Of a DNA stretch of 64,000 bases, positions 34,433 to 44,656 are shown piece by piece. Source of the stretch: Patescibacteria group bacterium. Lineage in GTDB: Bacteria > Patescibacteriota > Minisyncoccia > Portnoybacterales > UBA2143. Numbering within the stretch: the stretch's first letter is position 1; each line of letters opens with the position of its first letter. Location of the stretch: assembly GCA_018820085.1 (NCBI GenBank), contig JAHJOV010000010.1, forward strand, positions 12,179 to 76,178, written 5' to 3'. Position numbers and translations under genes: made by a program. The notes beneath the pieces were generated by a model. That model was not told the origin of the DNA. It ran no database searches and saw only the letters and a list, made by a program, of their open reading frames with translations.

Positions 34433-34561
34433 TAGTGGACAAATCTGTCCTATCTGAGTGGCCATATTTAGCCAATCTGGATAATGACTTAATCAAGCCA
34501 TTCTCCGAAGTTTGAATATTGGGTTAAAAATAGAGTTTAAAACTAATTTTCTTATAGTAAT

Positions 34562-35368
34562 ATGTTCAAGACAACAGAAGACCAAAAAGAATATATTAGA
34601 GAAACCTATCCTGAAGTTACAGATCATCGCATTGATGAAAGACATTGGGATCTTCATTGTTCGCATTGTAATATGACGCGAGGATTTCAGGTTATTGAAA
34701 GAAGTGAGGGTAGGGAATATACCAATTATGGTGGTGTTTATAGTATTGATAGTGAAGCTCCTTACTCTATTTATTTTAGGTGTCCTGTGTGCAGTGGATA
34801 TAAGCAATGGATATTGTATAAAATTAGTAGTCGAGAGGTGATAGAAGAGGTAAATCCAGGCGAAGAACCGAAAAAAAAGACTGTAGTTCGTTATTATCGT
34901 GTTACATCTTTGCCGAGCGAAGGAGTGGAAGATATGGAAGAAATTCCAGAAAACCCACCATCATTAAGAACCGCGTATAAACAAGCAATTCGCGCAATGG
35001 ATGCTAATGCACACATAGCGGCTGCAGCTATGTTTCGTAGAGCTCTTCAGATAATAACCAGGGATATTCTTGATGCAACACCTGGAAGTCTTGCTGCCGA
35101 ATTAAGTGAAGTTGTTGGGAAAAAATATAATGGTGTGAAAATTACAAATGATTTTAGCGATATTGGTTATATATTAAAAGAAGCGGGTAATCAGGGGGCA
35201 CATCCCGATAAGGATCCAGATTTACTTGAATTTACTGAACAAGATGCTCAAGACTTGCAAAAAATATTTATGGAGATTGTATCAGACTTATTTTTTGTTC
35301 CTGAGGTAGCAAAAAAATCACGCGAAGATTTCCTAAAACGTAGAAAAATTGGTTCAAAAACGATTTGA
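34562..35368 (+). CDS. Zinc-ribbon (CxxC...CxxC) protein with C-terminal DUF4145/HEPN-like domain (speculative)
   Basis: CSHCN...CPVCSG pair in the N-terminal half. The C-terminal half (AMFRRALQIITRDILDA...ILKEAGNQGAHPDKD) resembles the DUF4145 pattern. Confidence 0.3.
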   Translation: MFKTTEDQKEYIRETYPEVTDHRIDERHWDLHCSHCNMTRGFQVIERSEGREYTNYGGVYSIDSEAPYSIYFRCPVCSGYKQWILYKISSREVIEEVNPGEEPKKKTVVRYYRVTSLPSEGVEDMEEIPENPPSLRTAYKQAIRAMDANAHIAAAAMFRRALQIITRDILDATPGSLAAELSEVVGKKYNGVKITNDFSDIGYILKEAGNQGAHPDKDPDLLEFTEQDAQDLQKIFMEIVSDLFFVPEVAKKSREDFLKRRKIGSKTI

Positions 35369-35632
35369 GATAATTGTAAGAGAGTTTATTAGACTATATT
35401 TCAGTTTTAATAAAGTAGAACTTATAACCTCCCAACCCACTCAATTTTACTCTTGAATCTTTTATCATTTAGGTCTAGGATATAGAAGCTTGGATGTTCC
35501 TTAAGAAAAGTTAGAGCATCCTTGACTAGAGCGTACTGTGTCTAAATTAACAAACCTATTAGAGAATAAGAGAGGGTTTGTTTTTTGAACCTTAAAAATA
35601 TAGAGAAATGATTATAACAAAAGGAGGGTATC

Positions 35633-36667
35633 ATGGAATTAAAGAATATAGATTTTGGAAATGTTTTTGTCTCAGCTGGAACATTAAATTTCTTTGGACA
35701 GGGGTGGCCATATCACAGGGTATATAAATGGTTGTTTAAGAAGGGTTTTGATTTTTCTGGAGCAACCTTTATTTCCAAAACAACAACTTTTTCTCCTCGG
35801 CAAGGCAATATGCCTATAAGAAGGGATTGTCAGCCGATAGTAAAGGTTAGTGGAGCTAAGGTATATAAGGCCACTAAAGAAGCTTTGAGATTAAGGTTTC
35901 TTGAAATGCAATCTTTGTTTGCCCCGGACTGCATCAAGGTTGATTTATTAAAAGGAATAGCATTTAATTCTGTTGGTTTGAGCGGACCGGGAGTCATTAA
36001 TTTGTTAAATAGAGATATTTGGCAGAATATGTCAGTTCCTTTTATGGTCTCGTTTATGAGTTTAGGCAATGTGCTTAAAGAAAAGTTGAACGAAACTAAA
36101 CTTTTTACAGAATTAATGATGGAGGCATTGTCGGAGTTTAAGTCACCTTTTGGAATTCAGGTAAATGTTTTGTGTCCTAATACTGGACACCCAACAAAGG
36201 GTATGATTAAAGATTCATTAGCTATTTTGGGTGTAATATCTAAACTAGGTATTCCAGTGGACTTAAAAATTGGAGTGTCTGATGCTTACGAAGCAGGAAT
36301 TGATTTCATAAAGGAGATTGAACGGTCTGGTCTTTGTGATTGTCTGACTTGTTCCAATGCCATACCTTATGGAAAAATGGAAGATCAGATTAACTGGAAA
36401 AAGATTTGTGGGAATAAGTCTCCATTGGAAGATTTTGGGGGAGGGGCGCTTTCAGGAAAGCCCTTGTTCCCGATAGTTTTAAATTGGTTAAGAAAGGTTC
36501 GTTGGGCAGGCGTAAAGATGCCTATTAAAGTTGGTGGAGGAATTTTATCCTCTGATAATGCCCGAGTGATGTTTTTAAATGGGGCGAATGCAATAGAGCT
36601 TGGTGTTGTTTCTATTTTGCGTCCTTGGAGGGTGAAGAGTATTATCGATATTTGTAAGATAAAATAG
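35633..36667 (+). CDS. Dihydroorotate dehydrogenase-like (class 1 DHOD/DHPD family TIM-barrel) protein
   Basis: Motifs NVFVSAGTLNFFG, VNVLCPNTGHP, LTCSNAIPYG and VGGGILSSDNARVMFLNGANAIELG resemble PyrD-family signatures. Confidence 0.5.
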   Translation: MELKNIDFGNVFVSAGTLNFFGQGWPYHRVYKWLFKKGFDFSGATFISKTTTFSPRQGNMPIRRDCQPIVKVSGAKVYKATKEALRLRFLEMQSLFAPDCIKVDLLKGIAFNSVGLSGPGVINLLNRDIWQNMSVPFMVSFMSLGNVLKEKLNETKLFTELMMEALSEFKSPFGIQVNVLCPNTGHPTKGMIKDSLAILGVISKLGIPVDLKIGVSDAYEAGIDFIKEIERSGLCDCLTCSNAIPYGKMEDQINWKKICGNKSPLEDFGGGALSGKPLFPIVLNWLRKVRWAGVKMPIKVGGGILSSDNARVMFLNGANAIELGVVSILRPWRVKSIIDICKIK

Positions 36668-36745
36668 AAGAAATAAAGAGGATGGTGCAGAATGTGCCAT
36701 CCTCTTTACTTTATTATCTAGTTTGAGTATAATAAATCAATGTAT

Positions 36746-36821
36746 GGTGCCCATAGCTCAATGGTTAGAGCTCTAGTTTGTGGAACTAGCGACGAGGGTT
36801 CGACTCCCTCTGGGCACCCCA
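36746..36821 (+). tRNA. tRNA-His (anticodon GTG) with encoded G-1
   Basis: Acceptor gtgccca/tgggcac with an extra 5' G pairing the discriminator C. Anticodon stem ctagt/actag with loop tTGTGGa. T-arm gaggg-ttcgact-ccctc. CCA encoded. Confidence 0.85.
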
Positions 36822-36831
36822 GGTTAAAAAT

Positions 36832-37689
36832 ATGAGAGAAACATTCCAAAACTTAATTATTCAGGCGAGTCCATGGTTAACGACTCACGGAATTAAAATC
36901 CTAGTTATTTTAATCGGCGCATACATTATTCGTCGTTTTGGTAGTGGTTTAATTGATCGTATTATTCGTAAAGCTGTTGTTGCTAAGGGTTTTCTTAGTC
37001 CAGAGGCAGAAAAGAAAAGAGAGGATACTTTGATTATAGTTTTTGGAGGAATTTTGAAAGTAGTTATCTGGCTTGGAGCGATTTTAATGATTTTAACTGA
37101 ATTAGGAGTTAATATCGGTCCCTTATTAGCTGGAGCCGGTGTTATTGGTTTAGCTATTGGTTTTGGCGCTCAATATATTATCCGTGATTTTTTTACTGGA
37201 CTATTTATTATTTTAGAAAATCAATATCGGGTTGGCGATATAGTTTGTATTGGTGATGTTTGTGGAGAAGTTGAAAGTATTAATTTGAGAATGACTGTTA
37301 TTCGTGATGTTGATGGAGCAGTTCATCATATTCCTAATGGAGAAATTAAGATTGCTACTAATAAGACCAAAGGTTTTGCCCGGGTTAATTTAGTTATTGG
37401 TGTCGCTTATGATACAAATATAGATAAGGTTAAAGGGATAATTAATCAAGTTGGTCAAGATCTGGCTAATGATTCGGAATGGAAAGACAAAATTATTAAG
37501 GCCCCAGAATTTATTAGAATCGATAATTTTGGAGCTTCATCTGTAGATATTAAGATATCAGGAGAAGTTAAGCCATTGGAACAATGGGGTGTCCTGGGTG
37601 AATTAAGAAAAAGAATCAAAGATGCTTTTGATCAGAATGGAATTGAAATCCCATTCCCTCAAAGAGTAATCAGACAGATTAAGGAATAA
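36832..37689 (+). CDS. Small-conductance mechanosensitive channel (MscS family)
   Basis: Three TM helices, then the MscS beta-domain signature GDVCGEVESINLRMTVIRDVDGAVHHIPNGEIKIATN. Confidence 0.7.
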   Translation: MRETFQNLIIQASPWLTTHGIKILVILIGAYIIRRFGSGLIDRIIRKAVVAKGFLSPEAEKKREDTLIIVFGGILKVVIWLGAILMILTELGVNIGPLLAGAGVIGLAIGFGAQYIIRDFFTGLFIILENQYRVGDIVCIGDVCGEVESINLRMTVIRDVDGAVHHIPNGEIKIATNKTKGFARVNLVIGVAYDTNIDKVKGIINQVGQDLANDSEWKDKIIKAPEFIRIDNFGASSVDIKISGEVKPLEQWGVLGELRKRIKDAFDQNGIEIPFPQRVIRQIKE

Positions 37690-37736
37690 CTTTATTTGAC
37701 ATTAAGTTGTCAATCTGTTATTTTTGATAAGTAACT

Positions 37737-38201
37737 ATGCCGACAATTCAACAGTTAGTAAAACGTCCAAGAAGAGTTTCTAGAAAAAAGCCAAAGGCAC
37801 CAGCCCTTTGGCGAAGTTTTAATTTATTAAAGAATAAACCTAAAAGAGCATCCTCTCCTTTTAAACGGGGAGTTTGTACTAAGGTTTATACGGTTACACC
37901 TAAAAAACCAAACTCAGCTTTGCGTAAAGTTTGTCGAGTTCGTTTAACTAATGGTATGGAAGTAACGTCCTATATCCCCGGTGAAGGCCATAATTTACAA
38001 GAACACTCAGTTGTTTTAATTAGAGGTGGACGAGTTAAGGATTTGCCTGGTGTTCGTTATCATGTTGTTAGAGGTATTTTAGATACTCAAGGAGTTGAGG
38101 GTCGTATGCAAAAAAGAAGTCGCTATGGCGCTAAGAAAATAAAGGCTGGTGGTAAGGCTCCGGCTAAAGAGGCTCCAGCTGAGGAGCCAGCCGAAGCATA
38201 G
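37737..38201 (+). CDS. rpsL: 30S ribosomal protein S12 with Ala/Pro/Glu-rich C-terminal tail
   Basis: [13 protein letters not shown]...[52 protein letters not shown]. Confidence 0.9.
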   Translation: MPTIQQLVKRPRRVSRKKPKAPALWRSFNLLKNKPKRASSPFKRGVCTKVYTVTPKKPNSALRKVCRVRLTNGMEVTSYIPGEGHNLQEHSVVLIRGGRVKDLPGVRYHVVRGILDTQGVEGRMQKRSRYGAKKIKAGGKAPAKEAPAEEPAEA

Positions 38202-38263
38202 AGGTCGGACCTTATTTTGCCGAACCGCTGCTGAGGTGCGGACAAAATAAGGTCCGACCTCTA
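38200..38263. repeat. Family-2 REP/MITE-like element overlapping the rpsL stop codon
   Basis: agaggtcggaccttattttgccgaaccgctgctgaggtgcggacaaaataaggtccgacctct. Confidence 0.85.
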
Positions 38264-38274
38264 ATTGCAAATAT

Positions 38275-38745
38275 ATGCGTAGAAAAAGAAACGTTAAAAG
38301 AGATATTGAACCAGATTTTAGATATAATAATACTCTGGTTGCTAAATTTACTAACCATCTTATGAAAGAGGGTAAGAAATCTGTGGCCCAAAAAGTACTT
38401 TACGGGGCTTTTGATTATATTGAAAAAAATAACAAAGGCAAAGATGCCTTGGAAGTTTTTGATTTAGCTATTAAAAACACTTCTCCATTAGTAGAAGTTC
38501 GTTCACGAAGAATTGGCGGGGCTCGTTATCAGGTGCCTCGAGAAGTTAGAGGTGAACGAAAAATTGCTTTAGCTATGCGTTGGATTCTTAAAGCGGCTCG
38601 AGGCAGAACTGGCAAGCCGATGTATCTACGATTAGCTGAAGAGTTATTAAATGCTTCTAAGAACGAAGGTGAAGCAGTTAAGAAGAAACAGGAAGTTCAT
38701 AAGATAGCTGATGCTAATAAGGCTTTTGCTCATTTCGGTTGGTAA
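38275..38745 (+). CDS. rpsG: 30S ribosomal protein S7
   Basis: Sequence typical of S7. Synteny rpsL-rpsG-fusA. Confidence 0.9.
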   Translation: MRRKRNVKRDIEPDFRYNNTLVAKFTNHLMKEGKKSVAQKVLYGAFDYIEKNNKGKDALEVFDLAIKNTSPLVEVRSRRIGGARYQVPREVRGERKIALAMRWILKAARGRTGKPMYLRLAEELLNASKNEGEAVKKKQEVHKIADANKAFAHFGW

Positions 38746-38755
38746 TTGTTAATTT

Positions 38756-40840
38756 ATGCGGGAATATCCATTAGAAAAAATAAGAAATATTGGCATTATT
38801 GCTCATATTGATGCAGGAAAAACTACGGTTACCGAAGGTATTTTATATTTGACTGGTCAGACTCATAAGATTGGAGCTGTTCATGAAGGTGATACTCAAA
38901 TGGATTGGATGGAACAAGAGCGTGAGCGTGGTATTACTATTACTTCAGCCGCTACAGCTTGTTCTTGGAAAACGCATAGAATTAATATCATTGATACACC
39001 TGGTCACATAGACTTTACAGCTGAAGTTCAGCGTAGTTTACGTGTTTTAGATGGAGCTATTGTTGTTTTGGATGGAAAGATGGGTGTTGAACCACAATCA
39101 GAAACAGTTTGGCGTCAGGCAGATGATTTTGGTGTCCCTCGAATGTGTTTTATTAATAAGATTAACCAAATTGGAGGAGATTTTTATAAAAGTTTAATTT
39201 CAATTAGAGAACGATTAAGTATTAATTCTTTTCCAGTTCAAATACCTATTGGTTTTGAAAAAGATATTAATGGAGTAGTTGATTTAGTTAAGATGAAAGC
39301 TTATGTTTACAAAGATTTTCACGATAAAAAACTAATTGAAGAAGAAATTCCAGATGATTTAAAAGAGAAAGCTGAACAATATCGTCAGGAATTAATTGAA
39401 AAAGTAGTTGAAGTTGACGATGCTTTAACTGAGAAGTATTTAGAAGGAAAAGAAATTAGTCTAGAAGAATTAGTTAAGGCTATTAGAGAAAGTACTTTGA
39501 AAGGTATTATTTTTCCTGTTTTTGCCGGTGACGGTCGGGGAGTTATTGTTGAGACTCTATTGGATGCGGTTGTTAATTATCTTCCTTCACCAATTGATTT
39601 GCCGCCTGTTATTGGAATTGATCCTAAAACCGAAGAAGAAATTACCAGAGAAACTAAAGATGATGCTCCTTTGTCGGCTTTAGCTTTTAAGATTGCAACT
39701 GATCCTTATGTTGGTCAGCTTTGCTATTTTCGAACCTATTCTGGAACCTTGGAAAGCGGTTCATATATTTTAAACGCCACAACTGGAAGCAAAGAAAGAG
39801 TTGGTCGAATTGTTAGAATGCACGCCAATAAAAGAGAAGAAGTTAAAGAGGTTCCGGCTGGAGATATTGCTGCCATTGTCGGACTTAAAAGAACAACTAC
39901 TGGCGATACTTTATCTGATATTGATAATCCTATTATCTTAGAAAAAATTAAATTCCCTGAGCCAGTTATTTCTATTGCTGTTGAGCCTAAAACCAAGGCT
40001 GACCAGGAAAAGATGGGTTTGGCTTTAAGAAAGTTAGCTGAAGAGGACCCAACCTTTCAGGTTAAAGGCGATGTTGAGACCGGTCAGACCATTATTTCCG
40101 GAATGGGTGAATTGCATTTAGAAGTTTTGGTTGACCGAATGTTTAGAGAGTTTAGCGTTGGCGCTAATGTTGGTAAGCCTCAGGTTTCTTATCGGGAAAC
40201 AATTAAAAAAACAGCTAAAGCTGAGGGAAAATATATTCGTCAGACTGGTGGCCGAGGACAATATGGTCATGTTTGGATAGAAATTGAGCCTCAAGAACAG
40301 GGTCAAGGGTTTGAATTTGTTAATAAGATTAAAGGCGGTATTATTCCTCAGGAATATATTCCAGCTATAAGCAAGGGGATTAAAGAAGCTATGGACAAAG
40401 GCATTATTGCTGGTTATCCTTTAGTTGATACTAAAGTAACCCTTTATGATGGATCTTTCCATGATGTTGACTCTTCTGAATCAGCATTTAAGATTGCTGG
40501 TTCTCTGGCTTTACAGGCAGCAGTTAAGTTAGCTGATCCTGTTTTGTTAGAACCAGTTATGAAATTACAAGTAGTTGTTCCAGAAAAATTTATGGGTGAT
40601 GTTATTGGTGATCTTAATTCTAAAAGAGGTCGGATAGAACAAATGGAAGATCGAGGCGAGGGAATTAATTTAATGAAAGTAATTGATGCTCAGGTGCCTT
40701 TAGCTAGTATGTTTGGTTATGCTACTCAATTACGTTCAATGAGTCAGGGGCGAGGAACTTCAACTATGGAATTTAACCATTATGCTGAAGTACCTAAACA
40801 TGTAGCCGAAGAAATAATTGGAGGGAGAGAGAAGAAATAA
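38756..40840 (+). CDS. fusA: Elongation factor G
   Basis: G1 motif [17 protein letters not shown], and full five-domain length (694 aa). Confidence 0.95.
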   Translation: MREYPLEKIRNIGIIAHIDAGKTTVTEGILYLTGQTHKIGAVHEGDTQMDWMEQERERGITITSAATACSWKTHRINIIDTPGHIDFTAEVQRSLRVLDGAIVVLDGKMGVEPQSETVWRQADDFGVPRMCFINKINQIGGDFYKSLISIRERLSINSFPVQIPIGFEKDINGVVDLVKMKAYVYKDFHDKKLIEEEIPDDLKEKAEQYRQELIEKVVEVDDALTEKYLEGKEISLEELVKAIRESTLKGIIFPVFAGDGRGVIVETLLDAVVNYLPSPIDLPPVIGIDPKTEEEITRETKDDAPLSALAFKIATDPYVGQLCYFRTYSGTLESGSYILNATTGSKERVGRIVRMHANKREEVKEVPAGDIAAIVGLKRTTTGDTLSDIDNPIILEKIKFPEPVISIAVEPKTKADQEKMGLALRKLAEEDPTFQVKGDVETGQTIISGMGELHLEVLVDRMFREFSVGANVGKPQVSYRETIKKTAKAEGKYIRQTGGRGQYGHVWIEIEPQEQGQGFEFVNKIKGGIIPQEYIPAISKGIKEAMDKGIIAGYPLVDTKVTLYDGSFHDVDSSESAFKIAGSLALQAAVKLADPVLLEPVMKLQVVVPEKFMGDVIGDLNSKRGRIEQMEDRGEGINLMKVIDAQVPLASMFGYATQLRSMSQGRGTSTMEFNHYAEVPKHVAEEIIGGREKK

Positions 40841-40845
40841 ATACT

Positions 40846-41070
40846 ATGTGGGAAAAAATAAAAAATATACTATTAAGAGAAGGGGGTAAGTGTATTATTG
40901 TCGAAGATAATCAACCAACTTATATTGTCATGAAGTTGGAAGATTACGATATAGATGAAGTCAATCGTAATATTGATCACTGGAAGCAAGAAGAAAACAC
41001 TCAAAATGAACCAGAGATTAAAGAGGATGAAAAGAAAGAAGATGTTAAAATAGAGGATTTACCATTTTAA
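40846..41070 (+). CDS. Small acidic hypothetical protein between fusA and tuf
   Basis: ORF track. N-terminal half loosely Phd/YefM-like (GGKCIIVEDNQPTYIVMKLEDYD); C-terminal half acidic and low-complexity. No partner gene. Confidence 0.2.
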   Translation: MWEKIKNILLREGGKCIIVEDNQPTYIVMKLEDYDIDEVNRNIDHWKQEENTQNEPEIKEDEKKEDVKIEDLPF

Positions 41071-41232
41071 AGTTAAAAGGCGGTAAAGCTGTTGACAAGA
41101 AGGGAGTTTTTTGCTAATTTGTATATATAAGTGTAGACAAACTAAATTTAATAAGTTGACAAAGAATTTTGGATAATGACCAATTAAGTTTTTTTGTTAG
41201 TCGTTATTTACAATTCATTGTTTATTGCCATT

Positions 41233-42435
41233 ATGGCCGAAAAATTTGAAAGAAATAAACCACATCTTAATATAGGTACTATTGGTCATGTTGACCATGG
41301 TAAAACAACCTTAACCGCAGCTATTTTAAAATGCATGGCGGCAGCTGGTTTTGTTTCACAAGATAAAGGCGTTGATCAAATTGATAATGCTCCTGAAGAA
41401 AAAGCGCGTGGTCTAACTATTTCTGTTTCCCACGTTGAGTACGAAACTGCAAAGCGTCACTATGCTCATATTGATTGTCCTGGACACGCCGACTACATTA
41501 AAAACATGATTACTGGAGCGGCTCAAATGGATGGTGGAATTTTGGTTGTTTCTGCTAGTGATGGGCCTATGCCTCAAACACGAGAGCATATTCTTTTAGC
41601 TCGTCAAGTTGGTTTACCTGCTCTAGTTGTTTTCTTAAATAAGGTAGATCAAGTTGATGATTCAGAAATGCTTGATTTGGTTGATCAAGAAATTAGAGAG
41701 CTTTTAACTAAGTATGAATATGATGGTGAAAAGACTCCTATTATTAGAGGTTCAGCTCTTCAAGCTTTAGAATGTGGTTGTGGTAAAAAGGAATGTGATA
41801 AGTGTGGTCCAATTTTGCAATTAATGGATGCAGTTGATGAAAGTATTCTTGAACCAAAAAGAGCAGTTGATGAACCATTTTTAATGCCAGTTGAAGATGT
41901 CTTCTCTATTGAAGGTCGTGGTACTGTTGCCACTGGTAGAATTGAAAGAGGTAAAGTTAAAGTTAATGAAGAAGTTGAATTAGTTGGAATAAAAGAAGCA
42001 ACTCAAAAGGTTGTTGTTACTGGTATCGAGATGTTTAATAAATCCCTTGACGAAGGAATGGCCGGTGATAATGCTGGTGTTCTCTTAAGAGGTGTTAAGA
42101 GAGAAGATATTGAAAGAGGTCAGGTTTTAGTTAAGCCGGGCAGTGTTACTCCTCATACAGAATTTGAAGGCGAAGTATATGTTTTAAGCAAGGAAGAAGG
42201 CGGTCGTCATACTCCTTTCTTTAATGGTTACAAGCCTCAATTTTATATCCGAACCACCGATGTGACTGGTGATGTTGTTTTACCTGAAGGAATTGAAATG
42301 GTTATGCCAGGTGATACAGTTAATTTAAAGATTAAGTTAATGGCTCCAGTTGCTTTAGAAAATAAACAAAGGTTTGCTATTCGAGAAGGCGGTAAAACAG
42401 TTGGTGCTGGGGTTGTTACTAAGATCATTAAGTAG
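41233..42435 (+). CDS. tuf: Elongation factor Tu (contains a Cys4 insertion [13 protein letters not shown] in domain I)
   Basis: [43 protein letters not shown]. The true start is the ATG at 41233, in frame and downstream of the ORF-track start. Confidence 0.95.
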   Translation: MAEKFERNKPHLNIGTIGHVDHGKTTLTAAILKCMAAAGFVSQDKGVDQIDNAPEEKARGLTISVSHVEYETAKRHYAHIDCPGHADYIKNMITGAAQMDGGILVVSASDGPMPQTREHILLARQVGLPALVVFLNKVDQVDDSEMLDLVDQEIRELLTKYEYDGEKTPIIRGSALQALECGCGKKECDKCGPILQLMDAVDESILEPKRAVDEPFLMPVEDVFSIEGRGTVATGRIERGKVKVNEEVELVGIKEATQKVVVTGIEMFNKSLDEGMAGDNAGVLLRGVKREDIERGQVLVKPGSVTPHTEFEGEVYVLSKEEGGRHTPFFNGYKPQFYIRTTDVTGDVVLPEGIEMVMPGDTVNLKIKLMAPVALENKQRFAIREGGKTVGAGVVTKIIK

Positions 42436-42443
42436 TTATAAAA

Positions 42444-42776
42444 ATGGCACCTAAAAAAGAAGAAGAAGTTAAACAAAGAATTCGTATTAGAATTCAAGCT
42501 TACGATCACAAGTTGATTGATCAATCAGTCAAACAAATCGTTGAAACGACTGAACGGTACAGCGTGACTATTCGCGGACCGGTCCCTTTGCCAACCGAGA
42601 TTCATAAATATACGGTTAACAGGGCTACTTTTGTCCATAAAAAGTCACGTGAGCAGTATGAAATGAGAGTCCATAAGCGATTGATTGATATCATTAATCC
42701 TGGTCCCAAAGTTATTGACGCTTTGATGGAATTAACATTACCAGCTGGCGTTGATATTGAGATAAAGATGGTATAA
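42444..42776 (+). CDS. rpsJ: 30S ribosomal protein S10
   Basis: [18 protein letters not shown]... is typical of S10. Confidence 0.9.
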   Translation: MAPKKEEEVKQRIRIRIQAYDHKLIDQSVKQIVETTERYSVTIRGPVPLPTEIHKYTVNRATFVHKKSREQYEMRVHKRLIDIINPGPKVIDALMELTLPAGVDIEIKMV

Positions 42777-42806
42777 TAAATATTATCTAAAGGATTTGAC
42801 TATTTG

Positions 42807-42830
42807 TGACCGGGGTAACCCCGGTCTTTA
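42807..42830 (+). terminator. GC-rich perfect hairpin (gaccggggtaaccccggtc) plus T-tract between rpsJ and rplC
   Basis: Perfect palindrome followed by tttagttttt. Possible attenuator or terminator inside the S10 operon. Confidence 0.4.
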
Positions 42831-42842
42831 GTTTTTAAATAT

Positions 42843-43508
42843 ATGAAGTTTATACTAGCTAAAAAATTAGGTATGAGTCAGATTTTTGACTCTAAAAATA
42901 AGGTTATTCCCGTAACCTTAGTTGAAGCTGGGCCATGTCCAGTAGTTCAAGTTAAAGATAATAGTGTTCAAATAGGCTTTGAAGAAAAGAAAGAAAAGCA
43001 TACCAATAAGGCTCAGCAAGGTCATTTTAAAAAAGCTGGTTTAGATAAGAATTTTCGATACTTAAAAGAATTCCCTAATAAAGATTTGAAAGTTGGGGAT
43101 GTAATTGATATTAGTATTTTGAATCCTGGTGAAAAAATTAGAATTAGTGGTATTTCTAAGGGAAAAGGATTTCAGGGCGTAGTTAAAAGACATGGTTTTT
43201 CTGGAGCTGACGCTACTCATGGAACCAAACACAACGAAAGAGCTCCTGGTTCAATTGGTTCAGCTTTCCCTGAAAGAGTTTTTAAAGGTAAAAAAATGGC
43301 TGGCCGAATGGGTACTGATAGAATTACAACTAAAGGATTAACAATAGTTGCGGTTGATAAAGAGAACAACACATTAGCTATTAAAGGAGCTGTTCCTGGC
43401 CGAAAAGGGACTTTATTAGAGATTATTGTTACTAAAGAAGTTGATGAAAAGGTCGGACCTGAAAAGCAGAAATCGGCATATGAGGTCAGACCTTCCCCAA
43501 AGGTCTGA
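42843..43508 (+). CDS. rplC: 50S ribosomal protein L3 (C-terminal ~20 codons and stop supplied by a family-2 repeat)
   Basis: L3 signature throughout. The tail ...KVGPEKQKSAYEVRPSPKV overlaps the repeat at 43449-43513. Confidence 0.9.
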   Translation: MKFILAKKLGMSQIFDSKNKVIPVTLVEAGPCPVVQVKDNSVQIGFEEKKEKHTNKAQQGHFKKAGLDKNFRYLKEFPNKDLKVGDVIDISILNPGEKIRISGISKGKGFQGVVKRHGFSGADATHGTKHNERAPGSIGSAFPERVFKGKKMAGRMGTDRITTKGLTIVAVDKENNTLAIKGAVPGRKGTLLEIIVTKEVDEKVGPEKQKSAYEVRPSPKV

Positions 43509-43513
43509 CCTCT
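43449..43513. repeat. Family-2-related composite repeat
   Basis: aaggtcggacctgaaaagcagaaatcggcatatgaggtcagaccttccccaaaggtctgacctct. Confidence 0.75.
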
Positions 43514-43533
43514 AAGGAATGTGGCATTAGAAT

Positions 43534-43595
43534 TAAGGTCGGACCTTGTTTTGCCGGACCTCTGCTGAGGTACGGACAAAACAATGTACGACCTT
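43534..43595. repeat. Family-2 REP/MITE-like element (gccggacc variant, ends in atgtacgacc)
   Basis: taaggtcggaccttgttttgccggacctctgctgaggtacggacaaaacaatgtacgacctt. Same variant as 54386-54446. Confidence 0.85.
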
Positions 43596-43619
43596 ATCAA
43601 TGTTGACCTTCAAGAAGCT

Positions 43620-44261
43620 ATGAAAACACCAGTCTACAATCAAAAAGGAGAGGAAATCTCAAAGGTAGATCTACCAGCTGAGATTTTTGACGTTGAATTA
43701 ATTTCAGATCTAGTTCATCAAGTGGTTGTAGCTCAAATGTCTAATGCTCGAAAAGTTATTGCTCATACTAAAGATAGAAGTGAAAGGAGAGGCGGAGGTC
43801 GAAAGCCTTGGCGTCAAAAAGGGACTGGTCGAGCTCGCGTTGGTTCAAATCGTTCGCCAATTTGGCGAGGTGGTGGCATAACCTTTGGGCCAACTAAAGA
43901 TAGAAATTTTAGTAAGAAGATAAATAAGAAGATGAAAACTAAAGCTCTTTTTATGAGTTTAACATCAAAAGTTAAAGATCAGGAGTTTGTTTTACTAGAT
44001 AAGATGGAAATAACCGAAAGCAAAACTAAAGTAATGGCCCAAATATTTAGCAATCTTAAGGATAAAATTAAAAAAGATTTAAGTAAAAGTGTTTTAATTG
44101 TTTTGCCTCAGACCGATTTGAAAATCAGTCGAGCTGTTAAGAATATTCCTAAGATTAAAACTATTAGGGCAGATAGTTTAAATGTTTTAGATGTTTTAAG
44201 TCATCGATATTTAATAATGTTTCAAGAATCAATTAAAGTAATTAAAGGAACATATTTATAA
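43620..44261 (+). CDS. rplD: 50S ribosomal protein L4
   Basis: Canonical L4 N-terminus MKTPVYNQKGEE at the in-frame ATG at 43620. The upstream ATG at 43584 used by the ORF track lies inside the repeat. Confidence 0.85.
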   Translation: MKTPVYNQKGEEISKVDLPAEIFDVELISDLVHQVVVAQMSNARKVIAHTKDRSERRGGGRKPWRQKGTGRARVGSNRSPIWRGGGITFGPTKDRNFSKKINKKMKTKALFMSLTSKVKDQEFVLLDKMEITESKTKVMAQIFSNLKDKIKKDLSKSVLIVLPQTDLKISRAVKNIPKIKTIRADSLNVLDVLSHRYLIMFQESIKVIKGTYL

Positions 44262-44262
44262 T

Positions 44263-44655
44263 ATGTCTTTATTTAGCAAATTAAAAAAGAATAAACCTGA
44301 AAAAGCTAAGCCAGAAGTAAAAGCGGCTAAGTCTATTAAAGCGATTGATAAAACAAAGAACGCTTATGTTTATCAAGTTATTAAAGAACCTCATATTACA
44401 GAGAAGGCTGGTCTTTTAACCGAGCAAAATAAGTATGTTTTTAAAGTTTATCCTAAGGCCAATAAAATAGAAGTTAAAAAGGCAATTGAAATTCTTTATG
44501 GAGTTAAGGTTGAAAAGGTTCATATGGTTCATACAGCTCCTAAAAAGAGACGGTTAGGCCGTCATCAAGGTTGGCGTCACGGATTAAAAAAAGGATTTAA
44601 AAAGACAATCGTCACTTTGAAAAAAGGGGATAAAATAGAATTATTACCACGATAA
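44263..44655 (+). CDS. rplW: 50S ribosomal protein L23
   Basis: Position and L23-like core (YQVIKEPHITEKA...VFKVYPKANKIEVKKAIE). Confidence 0.85.
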   Translation: MSLFSKLKKNKPEKAKPEVKAAKSIKAIDKTKNAYVYQVIKEPHITEKAGLLTEQNKYVFKVYPKANKIEVKKAIEILYGVKVEKVHMVHTAPKKRRLGRHQGWRHGLKKGFKKTIVTLKKGDKIELLPR

Positions 44656-44656
44656 T

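Noticed and set aside
34117-34515. Small ORFs 34117-34302, 34182-34364 and 34330-34515
   Set aside because: They overlap the 3' end of the coiled-coil gene and the IR-B' repeat. No RBS, low-complexity translations, and the sequence is duplicated as non-coding repeat at 25866-25955.
39736-40306. Antisense ORFs within fusA, and similarly within tuf, rplC, rplN, rpsQ, rpsE, rpsC, ligA, the recombinase, RT and RmuC genes
   Set aside because: All are shadow ORFs opposite highly conserved genes. None has independent support.
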